The translations under genes and the position numbers were made by a program. The notes beneath the pieces were generated by a model that was not told the origin of the DNA, did not search any database, and saw nothing but the letters and a program-made list of their open reading frames with translations. 64,000 nt of DNA from assembly GCF_036365525.1 (NCBI RefSeq), contig NC_090398.1:65270369-65334368 (forward strand), given 5' to 3'. Positions 26,373 through 40,181 of this stretch are shown piece by piece (the first letter of the stretch is position 1; each line of letters begins with the position of its first letter). Source of the DNA: Heterodontus francisci (Eukaryota).

Positions 26373-26448
26373 AGAGAGGATCTGGATCTGCGCAGGCTTG
26401 GAGGGCCGAAGGGCCTGTTCCTGTGCTGTAATTATCTTTGTTCTTTGT

Positions 26449-26688
26449 TATTCTGTGACCTTGTCTTATTTACACCTTCTCCTTTGTTATCTCTTGCCCC
26501 ACCCCCACTTTACTTGCTAATAACCTTTTGCAACTCTAATATTTGCTCGTTCTGAAGTAGGGTCACTGACCTGAAACGTTAACTCTGCTTCTATCTGCAA
26601 AGATGCTGCCAGACCTGCTGAGTATTTCCAGCATTTCTTGTTTTTATTTCAGATTTCCTGCATCCGCAGTATTTTGCTTTTATTTTAG
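26449..26688 (+). mobile_element. Penelope-like terminal fragment (longest copy) with hammerhead-like core
   Basis: GTT-CTGAAGTA-GGGTCACTGACCT-GAAACGTTAAC at 26549-26583; paralog at 30196-30443 (-). Confidence 0.65.
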
Positions 26689-27989
26689 AGTTCAGTAGTG
26701 AACTGATCCTTTCTGCTGACTGGGCAGAACTATGCAGTGGGGTGACGCAGAAAACTGTACGAAGAACATTACTTCGATAGGGCCGACAATGTCGAAGTTT
26801 GAGGATGACAGAATACATAGCAATGTATGCAAATAGTAAAGAGCTGTATGTTTCAGGTAGATGTTACCTGAGCAGAGGTGAGACAGAGAATACCCAACGC
26901 ATCTCACCTTTAGATTCCTGACCAAGATAGACCTACAAGGTACAAACTCAAGTTATGTGACCAAGTCAGAGAGTTTATTAGGCTTAACTAAGATGTACAA
27001 AGTTAATATTTAACAATGGTAATAGATATGCAGCAACACACAACACCCGTTCTTGTTTCTGTGCTTGCTGCGGCACGGACGTCTCTCCTTCTTCATCCCT
27101 TGCTGTGTTTTCTTGACTGCACTCTATCTTCTCCTTTTAAGTACCAACGATCTTCTGTTGAACCCTGTCCAAGTGTGATGACGATGTCCTGTAAAACCCT
27201 TTCTTTTATCCTTTTTGTGGTGCAAGGATGTTACCATATTAGTTTTGAATTGTTCTAAGTGTCCTAATTGGTCCAGGTTGACATCATTGTTTGACACTAG
27301 TTAGTTAATAGTTGAATCTACACACATTACAGATGCTTCCCGATTCTTTCTATTTTAGCAAAGATCCTAAAGGTTACATTCCTGCTGATCCCAGACATTT
27401 TTTCTTTAATTCTGCCTTTATCTCTTCTCTCTCCCTGCAAGGAGTGCTGGTGTCTCTCCCATTGTTCTCACACAAAGGTTTAAACAAAGGATAGCCTTGA
27501 AAACAAATTTCATAATAAAGCAAGCAACAGATCAAACAGACTTCAATAAATTGATGTACAAAGCATATCATTAATCCTATTATTTTAGTTGTTCTTATTT
27601 GTCACAAACGTAAAATATTTCACGGTCCATTGCCCCCACATTGTGGATCCCCCTCCAGCTACATGACTTGCCTTTTTTTTCCTATGGCTACGTGCATCTT
27701 CCACACTGACACCACTCTCAACATGACATTTTGACGTAGTTCAGTGAAGATGACCGTCAGGCTTTACAATCCTACATTGACATTGCAGTTCTTGTATAAA
27801 TGTAAGCCATGAAAATACTCTAAACTTTACACAGCGGTGAGCAGTGTTCAGGTGATACAGAAAATCTGGTGCGTTGGGCAGAGACAATCAGTTGATCTAT
27901 CAAAGTCTCTTGATGTTATGCTCCTATCGATACTACTTACAACACAACTGTTCTTTTGTTATTGAAAAGCTTGGATAGATGGCTCTGGA

Positions 27990-28330
27990 TTGTGTTATCT
28001 AAGTAAGTGGTTGTTCTCCTTACAGAAATGTGGATTGAGGGGATATCTGATGCAGGTGTAGGTAAGTTAGACAAGGATAACCCGTTCCCATTAGTTGATG
28101 GTACAAGGACCAGGAGACACAGATTGATGGTTTTGGGAAAGAGATGCAGGGAAATTTGAGGAAGCACTTTTTGCTTCACCTGCGACATTGCAACTGCAAT
28201 GTCTGTCCACAAGTGTGGTGGAAGCAGAGACAATCAATGATTTCAATAGGAAATTGGAGAAACACTTGAAGGAAACAAACTTGCTGCAGGGCGACGCTGA
28301 TCAAGCAGGAGAATGAATCTGATTGGATGA
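27990..28330 (+). mobile_element. CR1 3' fragment
   Basis: Degenerate ...GACAAGGATAACCCGTTCCCATTAG...ACAAGGACCAGGAGACACAGATT...GTGGTGGAAGCAGAGACAATC. Confidence 0.6.
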
Positions 28331-28423
28331 TGAGAATATTTTATCAACTTCAATTCTGTCAAGGCTTTGAAACTTTTTCGTTTGTAAAATACTGCAACAT
28401 AAAGTAAACATGCAATTTAAGAT

Positions 28424-28495
28424 TGCGATGGCCGAGAATCCAAAGCAGGCCAACTGCTTGGAAGGCAGCTGTGCTCACCACTATAGCACCATCGC
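28424..28495 (-). tRNA. tRNA-Gly(TCC) pseudogene
   Basis: 72 nt GCGATGGTGCTATAGTGGTGAGCACAGCTGCCTTCCAAGCAGTTGG...CCATCGCA; acceptor and anticodon stems pair, T-arm/B box destroyed. Confidence 0.85.
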
Positions 28496-28577
28496 TTACA
28501 GCACAGTTTCTTTCCGGCGTTTTGATTAATAGAATGCTGTACAATGATTTCAACTTGTAACTGAGCAATCCGTTCAT

Positions 28578-28740
28578 GTTAATAAAAATACAATACTGTG
28601 AATGCTGGAAATCTGAAATAAAAACAGACAGTGCTGCAAATATTCTGATCAAAGGTCACTCACCTGAAACGTTAACTCTGCTTCTCTCCACACAGATGCT
28701 GCCAGACCTGCTGAGTATTTCCAGCATTTCTTGTTTTCAA
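28578..28740. mobile_element. Penelope-like terminal fragments, inverted pair
   Basis: Same motif family as 21266-21470. Confidence 0.6.
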
Positions 28741-29074
28741 CTTCTATTCTGTAATGGCTTTGACATTTTTTTCCTTTGTAAAATACTGCAACATAAACTT
28801 GACCTGCGATTGGACATGGCGGTGACCAAGCACAACAGCTCCTTGCAGATCTCCACAATATACCAAAATAAAGCACCAAGCACATCGGCTCTTTTAAGAT
28901 CCACTGACAGCCTCTCTGAAAGAATCGATTTACTGCAGTTATTTGAATACCAACTGCTCACATTTCAGCTGAAGGTAACTTCGAGATCTCCGACAGGAAC
29001 GTTCATGGATCGGTTCGATCATTGCGTCACTTTTTAATTCCCTGCCTTAAAATAACTACCGGCCAACGATCTGT

Positions 29075-29705
29075 ATTGTACCTGTCAGTTCATGGCATGT
29101 GAATGTTGATTTTACTCTGCACCTGTCAATTCCTGGTATGTGAATGTTGATTTTGCTCTGCACCTGTCAGTTCCTGGTATGTGAATGTTGATTTTGCTCT
29201 GCACCTGTCAGTTACTGGTATGTGAATGTTGAATTTACTCTGTACCTGTCAGTTCCTGGGATGTGAATGTTGATTTTACTCCGTACCTGTCAGTTCCTGG
29301 TATGTGAATGTTGATTTTACTCTGCACCTGTCAATTCCTGGTATGTGAATGTTGATTTTGCTCTGCACCTGTCAGTTCCTGGTATGTGAATGTTGATTTT
29401 CCTCTGTACCTGTCAATTCCTGGTATGTGAATGCTGATTTTACTCTGTACCTGTCAGTTCCTGGTATGTGAATGTTGATTTTATACTGCACCTGTCAATT
29501 CCTGGTATGTGAATGTTGCTTTTACTCTGTACCTGTCAATTCCTGGTATGTGAATGCTGATTTTACTCTGTACCTGTCAGTTTCTGGTCTGTGAATGTTG
29601 ATTTTACTCTGTACCTGTCAGTTTCTGGTGCATGAACGTTGATTTTACTCTGTATCTGTCAGTTCCTGGTTTGTGAAGGTTGATTTTACTCTGTATCTGT
29701 CAGTT
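29075..29705. repeat. 41-bp minisatellite, ~15 homogeneous units
   Basis: Unit CTGTACCTGTCAGTTCCTGGTATGTGAATGTTGATTTTACT (period 41, e.g. 29101 and 29142). Confidence 0.95.
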
Positions 29706-32700
29706 TGTGCAATGAGAGGGGCCAATAGAAGATCGTTAGCACTTAGAAGGAGAAGGTAGAACACAGTCAAGAAAACACAGCAAAGGAAGAAGAAGGAGAG
29801 AGGTCCGTGCCGCAGCAAGCACAGAAACAAGAATGGGTGTTGTGTTTTACTGAATATCTATTGCCTTGTTAAATATTAACTTTGTGCATCTTAGTTAAAC
29901 CTAATAAACTCTCTGACTTGGTCACATAACTTGAGTTTGTACCTTGTAGGTCTATCTTGGTCAGGAATCTAAAGGTGCGACGGCTTGGGTATTCTCTGTC
30001 TCATTTCTGTTCAGGTGACATCTACCTGAAACTTACAGCTCTTTACCATTTGCATACATTGCTATGTATTTTGTCCTCCTCAAACTTCGACATTGTGGGC
30101 CCGATAAAAACATTGTTCTTCGAACAGTTTTCTGCGTCACTCCACTGCATAGTTCCGCCCCAGTAAGCAAAAAGTATCAGTTCACGACTAAACTCTAAAA
30201 TAAAAGCAAAATACTGCGGATGCTGGAAATCTGAAATAAAAACAAGAAATGCTGGAAATACTCAGCAGGTCTGGCAGCATCTGTGGAGAGAGAAGCAGAG
30301 TTAACATTTCAGGTCGGTGACCTGACTTCAGAACGAGCAAATATTAGAATTGTAAAAGGTTATAAGCAAGTAAAGGGGGGGGGGGGGGTGTGGGGCAAGA
30401 GATAACAAAAGAGAAGGTGTAAATAGGACAAGGTCACAGAATAGCCTCCTATCCTTTAACCAACTACCATCTCAGGATCCCAGTGTCAATTTTAACATGC
30501 ATTTCTATTCTCCATGTAAGTCTGTTATTCACTACTTGATTGAATGCCTTTGGAAGAGCATATATCCAATAATTACTGTACTACCTTCAGTAACTTCAAC
30601 CACAAGAACTCAATGATGTTAGTCGCACATGATTTGTCCTGAGCAAATCCGTCCTGGTTGTCCTTTATTAATTCACCACTGTTGTCAAAAATAATGGTCT
30701 TTGTTACCAGATATTTCCTTCTCCTTTCCAGAACAGGAGTGTAATCCATCAGTCACCTGGCACACCTTCCATATTCAAAGATTTTGCTCATAGCTTCTGG
30801 TATCTCACTCAGTAATATGGGATACTTCCTTTCTGGACTTATTAACTTAAAGAGATGTCAACCTATCCAGAACTTTTTCATCCTATCCAATAACTCTGCA
30901 GCCCTCCTCTCCCGTGATATTAACTTAACCCTTTTCTTTTGTGAAAATACATGTAACACACCATTTCATTACCTTTTCCTTCACATGAGCGTTTCTTTCT
31001 TTATCCATAAACAAAGCCCAATTTTTTGCACTGTCATTTGAATTTTTGTTTCTTGATAAATGATTATTGATTTCCTTTTTGTTTCCCCATTAATATTTTC
31101 TCATACTGTCTCTTATAAACTTGTTTCCCTTCCCAACTGCACTCTCACTATTCCGCCCGGTTGGAATCATGGTGATCGGGTGGATATGGGATATTTTGTA
31201 CAATTCACTGCCATTATTATTTCAATGATTGGCGCTGCAAACAACCTTTGAATTATCTTGATCAAAAGCAAATTAATGGTACTTTGTGTGACACTGAGAC
31301 TGGAAGAGGTTCGGAAGAAAGCGGAGGAAGGGGTGAGGGGGCGGCTCCTAAACTGGCCAAACGGATCTCGTAGAAGTGTCAAAGTGAATCCGAGTGTTTG
31401 AGGAATGAAAGTTACAGTCTCTGCTTAATGTCATCAGAATGAATCTCTTAGTGACTGAAAATATATCTGAATGGCCTTGTCCTGCGAATCTGCAGAGAGT
31501 CCAACAGGGAAATGTGGGTCAGTGAGAAATATAGTATTTGTTTACAATCTGGCCCTGCTTTGAGTTTGGAAATAATAGAGAGGTTGTCTCTGGTACAAAA
31601 TGTCAGCGAGAGAGTAGTTTACATTTTTCTATCTTGAATAAGTCTTTACCCAAATAGGACAGGATCTCTGTCAATGTGTTACATTATATAAACGTCACAG
31701 GCCACTTCCCCTCCCTATTCTATCTCCCTGTTCTCGATCTCCTCCCTATCCAGTTCATTATTATTGCTGATCATTATATTGGCCTATTTATTCTCTTTCA
31801 TCTCAGACAGTCCCTCGGGATCAAGGATGACTTTTTTCCACTCCAGTTTGATGTGTTCTGAAATGGCTGTTAAGTCCAATGCATGATCTGCAGACTCTGT
31901 CTCATCAGGGACAGGTGGTGCTGGAAGGGTCAGGTAAATGACTGCTTTGGCGGTGTGGGTGCTGCCTTCGCTGCGTCGAGTTCGCCTTTGCATGCTCCTG
32001 ACAAATATCCCTGAAGAGTACAATGTCTTCCCAAATGAGGGATGATTTGAGGACATCTTGATGTGTTTCCACTGTCCACCTGGGGTTCTCCTACCACGAC
32101 CAAGTTCTGAGTAGAGTAGCTGCTTCGGGATATTGGATTTACAGGTTCTTGGAGAGTCGCCTATTCATGGTAAGTGAAAGACTAACACTGACTGTCTCAA
32201 CACATGTCAGTTGTTGTCTGCGAGTGCGAGGCACTGGAACACTTTCCCTTACATAATGTCCCAGATACAGTAAGGAAAGATGGAGTGGACAAGCCTCTGT
32301 CATTCTCCAGCACTGAATTGCAGTGAGTTGGATGTTTAGTCAGTCCCGAACTGTCCTTGTTGGGTGACTAGGCAACGGAATCGAGATCAGTTCCCGTCCC
32401 TGTGTGACTGTCACTCAAACTGCCCTGTGTGTGTAGGATTAACCCTGAGTCCCTCTATCGAGCTCTGTCTGCTATATCTGGAAAAATGCTGAACCTTTCA
32501 CTTGTTGGTCTGCTCAAACTGAGTTCAAGGCCTGAGTAGTGAACAGAATGTCTCATTAATTCCTTAAATAATACTATGATTGAACAGCAGGTTATGATCG
32601 ACTCAGCCAAAGTTTGTAAAAATTCCTGTCAATAAATCTTCCAAAAGGGAGTGTGAGGATCTCCTGGTTCCGAGTGTCTAAGGGATACAGGACTAGGAAT

Positions 32701-34164
32701 CAGCAACTAACCCCAGAGATTCACAGTAAAGACTGTGTAAATGAAGACATTTAACAACCGGGAGCTGAAACTCTGGGACGGGCTCTATTGTCACTGTGTT
32801 TGTGTATCCGGTATAATCGCGGCAGGTCCGTGTCTCTTGTTTAGAATGAAACGATGAAGATCGCCATTCTGTATTACACACATTGACCGCGGGTTTCACT
32901 CCAGTTAGACAAACCTTTGCTGACTGAAATTAATTATTCAAGGTCCCACCAAACACACCGGCTCCCTCCTTCCTCCCATGTTTCTGTCGGATTGTTTTGA
33001 GAGGAGAGTTTGAATAATAACAAACACCCTCCAGGGAGAGGCGGCAATTTGAACATCTAAATGGGATCAGCTCCCGGCTTTCTAGGTTATAGATTCCCTC
33101 CACCCCTCCCCACACTCCCTCCACCCTAACCCCATGTTCAGTTTCATTGTTCAGACATTGATGAGGGTGAAATGGGCAAAGGTCCCTTAAATAAAAGCAA
33201 AATATTGCGGATGCTGGAAATCTGAAATAAAAACAAGAAATGCTGGAATCACTCAGCAGGTCTGGCAGCATCTGTGGAAAGAGAAGCAGAGTTAACGTTT
33301 CAGATCAGTGAACAAATTTCCCATTGAGTTTTGAAGCTGAATTGCTGCAGAGATCTGCGCACGCGCGATATAACCCAACCCACTATGACGTCATCATGAG
33401 GCGAAGACGGCATGCGCACCCCTCCCCCAGCTGTGTCTGTGAGCGCCATTCACCGAGTGAGCGGAAGATTGTTTAGTCATGTCAAGCAGGAGAAGATCTT
33501 AAGAACATAACAAAGATGACCAAGAGTAGGTTATTTGGCCTCTCCACCCTACTCTGCCATTTAATATGATCATGGCTGATGTGATTGTGCTTTACTTGAC
33601 TTTCCTGGCTGTCCCAAAAACGCTTTACTGCCTTGCAGATCAAAACTCTATCTATCACAGCCATGGACTAACAGTTATATAATGCACCCCACACTCAATT
33701 ACATGACGTGAAACAGATGCACACAGTACAAATCTGATTCACATCGAGTAGGAGTGCCTAAAAAACACTGAGTCCACAATGCCATTCAATAATATTTCCT
33801 AACAGGTACAGAATGAATGCCACACTCACAAACTCTACCAGTCACAGAAAAACACAGAATAAGCAACACATTCACAAACAATACCAGAGACACAGAGATA
33901 CTGAATGAATCACATTCTCACTGTCAGTTGCGGAGACGGATGATAAATGAACTAATCCACACTCACATTCAGTTTGAGAGACTGATGGATACAGAAGTAT
34001 ATTCACACTCACAGGCAGTACCAGAAACTGACATACAGCACATGAATCCTACCTCATACAGAGTACCAGAGGCTGACATGATGAACTGGAACCAGACATA
34101 GTCGCATAACAGAAAATAAATGTTGCAGAATAATGTACTCATTTACATACGTCAAACTCACATA

Positions 34165-34237
34165 GTGATGATGGTATAGTGCTGAGAATATCTGCTTTCC
34201 AAGCAGTTGACATGAGTTCTCTACTGCAGGTCAGACC
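34165..34237 (+). tRNA. Degenerate tRNA-Gly(TCC) pseudogene (paralog of 12775-12847)
   Basis: GTGATGATGGTATAGTGCTGAGAATATCTGCTTTCCAAGCAGTTGAC. Confidence 0.65.
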
Positions 34238-35072
34238 TCAATTCTGGTATCATGAAGCTTCATTTTATAACTTAAAAATGATCAATGTGATTTCCAAATT
34301 AAAACTTACAAAAGACTCTCATCATCCATGTGCATCTCCCACAATGCTGAACTTCAATTTTCCTTCAGCGAAATTTTTGTTGAAGAAGACATGTCCTTTA
34401 AACTAATAAATGAGTTCACAGTCAGAAACAAGAGTGTGCAGATCTTTGTTAAATAATAATAAAAAGGGAGATAGGGAAAGTTCAATTCACACACGGTGCT
34501 CTGGGTAAAGATTGAACCCACATTCAGATAACAGAGAATGAAATAATATGAGGTAAACTCACACTCACAGACCAGGAACTGACGGGGACAGAGTACAAGC
34601 TACACACAGACAAAATATTTTAAAAAAAACAGTTTTAAAACCGAACAAGTCAATGCAATTTATAAAATGATTCTCATCATCCATGTACGTCTCCCGTAAA
34701 TTTATCATTTTTTGAATAAATATAGATTTAAAATAGCCTCTAAACTGATCAGTTTTCAGTCAGAAACTAATAGTAAACATAAAGTTATTTACAGCACCGA
34801 AGGAGGCTATTTGGCCCATTGAGTCCATGACAGCTCTCCAGGGTGCAATCCAATCACACTCACTCCACCGCTCGATCCCTGTAGCTCTGCAAGTTTAATT
34901 CCTTCAAATGCTGTGTCAATAATCTCTTGATTAATTGATTGTCTCTACTTCCAGCACCCTTGTGGGAAGTGAGTTCCAGATCATCACCACTCACTCCGTG
35001 TTCACCCGACATCTCCTGCCCAAAATCCTAAATTTCTGTCACTATGTCCTTGTCCAATGAGCTAATGGGAAG

Positions 35073-35424
35073 TGATTATGATTCGATTAGAGATACAGCA
35101 CTGAAACAGGCCCTTCGGCCCACTGAGTCTGTGCCGACCATCAACCACCCATTTATACTAATCCTACACTAATCCCATATTCCCACCAAACATCCCCACC
35201 TGTCCCTATATTTCCCGACCACCGACCTATACCAGTGACAATTTATAATGGCCAATTTACCTATCAACCTGCAAGTCTTTTGGCTTGTGGGAGGAAACCG
35301 GAGCACACGGAGAAAACCCACGCAGACACAGGGAGAACTTGCAAACTCCACACAGGCAGTACCCGGAATCGAACCCGGGTCCCTGGAGCTGTGAGGCTGC
35401 GGTGCTAACCACTGCGCCACTGTG
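35073..35424 (-). mobile_element. V-SINE (HE1-like), inserted after the duplication
   Basis: Same family as 803-1114; paralogous site at ~11938-11945 is empty. Confidence 0.88.
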
Positions 35425-35784
35425 TTTTTCCTTGTCTCACTTGTCATGATGTTTCACACTTGATGTAAATGTCCCTTCAGTTAGCTCGTCCACTGATCTT
35501 GCCTGTCACCTTTCCACCAATATGCCTGAATTTCTGACTCCCTCTACTACTGTCTCTTCAACTGTTTCAATGTTGTTGATTCAATGCAGAACAAACCCAT
35601 CTCTATCGACTTCACACATTCTGATGAATCTACTCTGTACCCTGAAATAACCAGACCTGGATGCAATCCTCCACGACAACACTGTCACTGTGTTTACTTT
35701 ACACATCCGTATTTCTTGCTTTGAAAGAAGCAGCGAACTCGAATGGAACACGAAGCCGGTGCTCTTATTTTAAACATTCAGAAA

Positions 35785-35866
35785 CAAGGAGTATGGAATT
35801 CAAACCCACGCATGCAGAGCACAACAGATTAGCAGTTCATCGTTTTAATCACTCAGCCACCTTGTC
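35785..35866 (-). tRNA. tRNA-Ser(GCT) pseudogene (paralog of 11498-11579)
   Basis: 82-nt reverse-complement copy. Confidence 0.85.
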
Positions 35867-36069
35867 TTCTGTGAGTAAGCTGAAGTGTGGAGGAATGATC
35901 CGTGCAGAATGAAAAAGGTGACGGGCTGGTGCCAGCAAAACTGAAACAGTTGAAGAGAGAGTAGCAGAGGGAGTGAGAAAGTCAGGGATATCGGTGGATA
36001 GGTGACAGGCAAGACCAATGGACTGAGCTGACTGCTGTGAAATGTTGTGGATTCGCAGAACACTAAATT

Positions 36070-36252
36070 TGATTGGTTACTTTAGATACCCAATCAGATA
36101 AATACAGAATCTCAAGAATTGACTTCATTGTAAACCAGCCAATTACGAACATGGTTTTCACCCCATCCTTCATTAACATAGAGCTCTGGGGATCTGTATA
36201 AACTGCGAGTTCCGAATTTAAGAGCCACCGACAACGTCTCTCAAAAAGCTAC
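36070..36252 (+). pseudogene. Histone gene relic, second copy (promoter + half stem-loop + HDE-like)
   Basis: CCAAT at 36090 and 36139, CTTCATTAACATA 36168-36180, TGTATAAA 36195-36202, TTTAAGAGCCACC from 36217. Confidence 0.55.
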
Positions 36253-37139
36253 AACATTATCTCTATAATATCAATTTGTTTTGATATTTTTAGCAAGTGA
36301 CTTGTATTTTCTAACTGCCTTTGTGATCTCTGTTTTAATCCCACAGATTCTGGTTAATACAGTTTCACTGCCCGTGCGATCTTCCTGTCTCTACTTAATA
36401 ATGTCCCGATCATTAATTACTGACCATTTGTGAGCTTTGTTAATGGACGCGTTCATATTCGGCACCTTTGCTGTATTTCGATAATAAAATCTGATTTAAC
36501 GCGCAGGCATCATTTCTCAGTCACTCATATCCCGAGATCAAGTTTGTCCTCAATAAGTAATCAGTACATTATCTAGAAACCCCGGTGGTGTGGGAACCCT
36601 CAGTCTCACTCTTTGACACCTGACACGAAGATTATACACTCCGCTGTTGTCTCTCACCAATAGGGATCAATCTATAGTCAGTGATGCGGTATCATTAGGA
36701 ACATTGAGCTGAAATGGTTACAGAATGCTGTGAAAGAGGCTTTCTGTCCGCTGGTTATAGAATGTTTCAAAAAGGATAGAGAGTGAACCCGAATAGATGG
36801 CGGAATGTGAAAGTGAATCTGGACATTGTTACCACATGTGGAATAATACAATATCAAAAAGATTTTAAAATATTTGCGGTAAAACCAAGTTACCTAAAAA
36901 TGTGATGATCTATATTGAAGCCGCTCTGTGTTTTACAAATATATTGGCGGGATTTTCAAATTTGAAAAATCGTTTGCAGTCTGACAATTTCGCGCCGTTA
37001 TTATCCGCCCTCATCTCCTTGGCGTCTCTGGATTGGTGAATTCAGCCGCTCTCTGATTGGTCTCATGAAGAGTACAATGACACCCATACAGAGTGACCAA
37101 TCACCAGTGCCCCCGACTCCATTCATCTCGAAGGTATAA

Positions 37140-37412
<273 letters not shown>

Positions 37413-37999
37413 TGAGAAGGCAATCTTATAATGCTAGCGCTGCTTTGTATTGGACTACAACGAGGGCACTTGCCCCATCGTGTATGCCCCGGCCGAAAAA
37501 CGGCCCATCTATTCTCATCCCACCTTCCAGCATTCAGACCGTCGCCCTGCAGATTACAGCACTTAAGATGCATATCCAGATTCCTTTTGAATGAGTTGGG
37601 GGTCTCTGCCTCAACTACCCTTTCAGGCAGTGAGTTCCAGACCACCATCACCCTCTGGGTGAAAATAAAATTCTCGTTTTCCCAGATATTTTTCTACCTA
37701 TCACTTTAAACATATGCCGCACAGTCACTGAACTCTCTGCTAAGACTCTTCACCTCCACTCTCTCCAGGCCCGCCAAAATGTTGCACATTTCAATCAGAT
37801 CTCCCCTCAGTCTTCTCAGTACTGGATTCGGGCATTTAGCTGCTCGCCTCTGGCGATATTTGCCAGGGATTTTAGCAAATCTACCGTTTATGCAAACGAA
37901 AGCTTTTACACAATGATCGGCTCTCTAACAAAATGATCTGCTCGAAACCACAGTTCTCTGACAACAGGAGATCGCAGCTCTTTGTTTTGCCGATTTGGT

Positions 38000-38015
38000 G
38001 GCTGTGAAAAGAGCC
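38000..38015 (-). terminator. H3 stem-loop with the same stem mismatch as 9106-9121
   Basis: Minus strand GGCTCT-TTTC-ACAGCC. Confidence 0.88.
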
Positions 38016-38058
38016 GTTGTGTTATTTGATGCCAAACTCAGATCAGGGCAGGGTGAGT

Positions 38059-38526
<468 letters not shown>

Positions 38527-39127
38527 CTATTTAAGATAGTAGAGGGACCGCCCTTGTGTTGTGATTTGATGCAGCCCCGTCCATCAGTCAAGTTTGAAAT
38601 CAGCTCCGGGAAGTCAAAGGGCGGCCGGAAATGCTGTGCACTGATTGGTTGAACTGTAACTGAAACTGAAATTTTATCAATTTCAAAAAGGCCGCCAATT
38701 TCAGATGAGCAAACAAGGCAAAGATTAAAAAACATCTAATTTGGCGGGAACAATTATAAAATCTCACTCCTTGTACCTTTATTTCTTTCTTCCTAGATCC
38801 CCCTCTGTGTTTTACAGCACAGTTTGAATCGTTTTCTCTGGCGGGAATAAAGCGCCAGTCATTACTTACTATAACGGCAGTAAATTCCGCTTCGTGCCGG
38901 CAGTTCAGACCCTCAGGAATAAATTATCAAATGCAAACGTTTAATTCATGTCGCGTTCGATAAATAATGAAGAGAAAAAGACAGTGAAATGTATGTGACA
39001 TGTAAATTTACTGAGAGAATGTAATGATGTATAAACGCCGTTGTTGATAAAGATAAACAATATACAGATAACTTGATCTTATTAATTCAAGTTGCCATGT
39101 CACTGCTCTCTCGATGAGTCTTTGGGT

Positions 39128-39143
39128 GGCTCTTAGAAGAGCC
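39128..39143 (-). terminator. H4 3' stem-loop
   Basis: Minus strand GGCTCT-TCTA-AGAGCC-ACCCA. Confidence 0.9.
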
Positions 39144-39172
39144 TTTGTGTTTGGTACAAAGGGTGGATTTGT

Positions 39173-39493
<321 letters not shown>

Positions 39494-40181
39494 TCACTCA
39501 ACTCGTTGCTGAATGAGAAACGAGCTGTTTCTGCTGCCTTTTTTATGCAGCTCGCCCGGACCTGACTGAAAAACGGGCAGAGAGTGAGAGGCGGGGCAGG
39601 GAGGAAACTGAGTGACAGACAGAGCAGTGAAATGTCTTTCATCCTCCAGCTCCGCCTCCCACTTGCTTCAACCGCCAATTCAAAAACAAAACTCTCAACA
39701 ATAGAGCTCAGCACAAAACTTCCAGACTCGGCCTTTATAGTCAAAGATAACAGAAACCCGGAGCTGTTAAATAAGTATCTATAACAATTAAAAGTTGATC
39801 ATCTACCCGCCTAAGCACAGTGCTTCCGATCACAAGTCAACCCGTTTCCACACACCTCCCGTCCCAGACGGATTGAGTATTTTGCTAACACCTTACCCCA
39901 GCTGAATTAGAGAAACTCATGTATTGGGGTTTGAGTTGTGACGCGGGAATTCTCGCCAGTATTCCTGTGTTAGACCCTCTCACTCTGAATTAGTGAAAGG
40001 AGCATGAACTGAGACTGTACCGAACATATCCCCAGTTACAGTGAGGCCGGGACATCCCTCTGTTTTGTTACAGAGAGTGGGGGAAGGGCTGAGTGTAGTG
40101 TATGTCAGCGAGTCACCAGGGATCCTGCATTTACTTCCCATCATTTCTATGTGAAATGTGCACACGGCGGCGGGACAGGGA

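Larger units (their letters stand above)
21999..26448 (+). mobile_element. Near full-length young CR1 LINE
   Basis: 5'UTR with a 161-bp tandem duplication, ORF1, ORF2 and a (TCTTTGT)n-type tail; empty paralogous site at ~30443-30447. Confidence 0.97.

Noticed and set aside
32140-32176. Possible micro-exon ACAG|...CATG|GTAAGT (paralog at ~20020-20056)
   Set aside because: Weak pyrimidine tract, adjacent to repeat-like sequence and absent from the other module copies; not supportable
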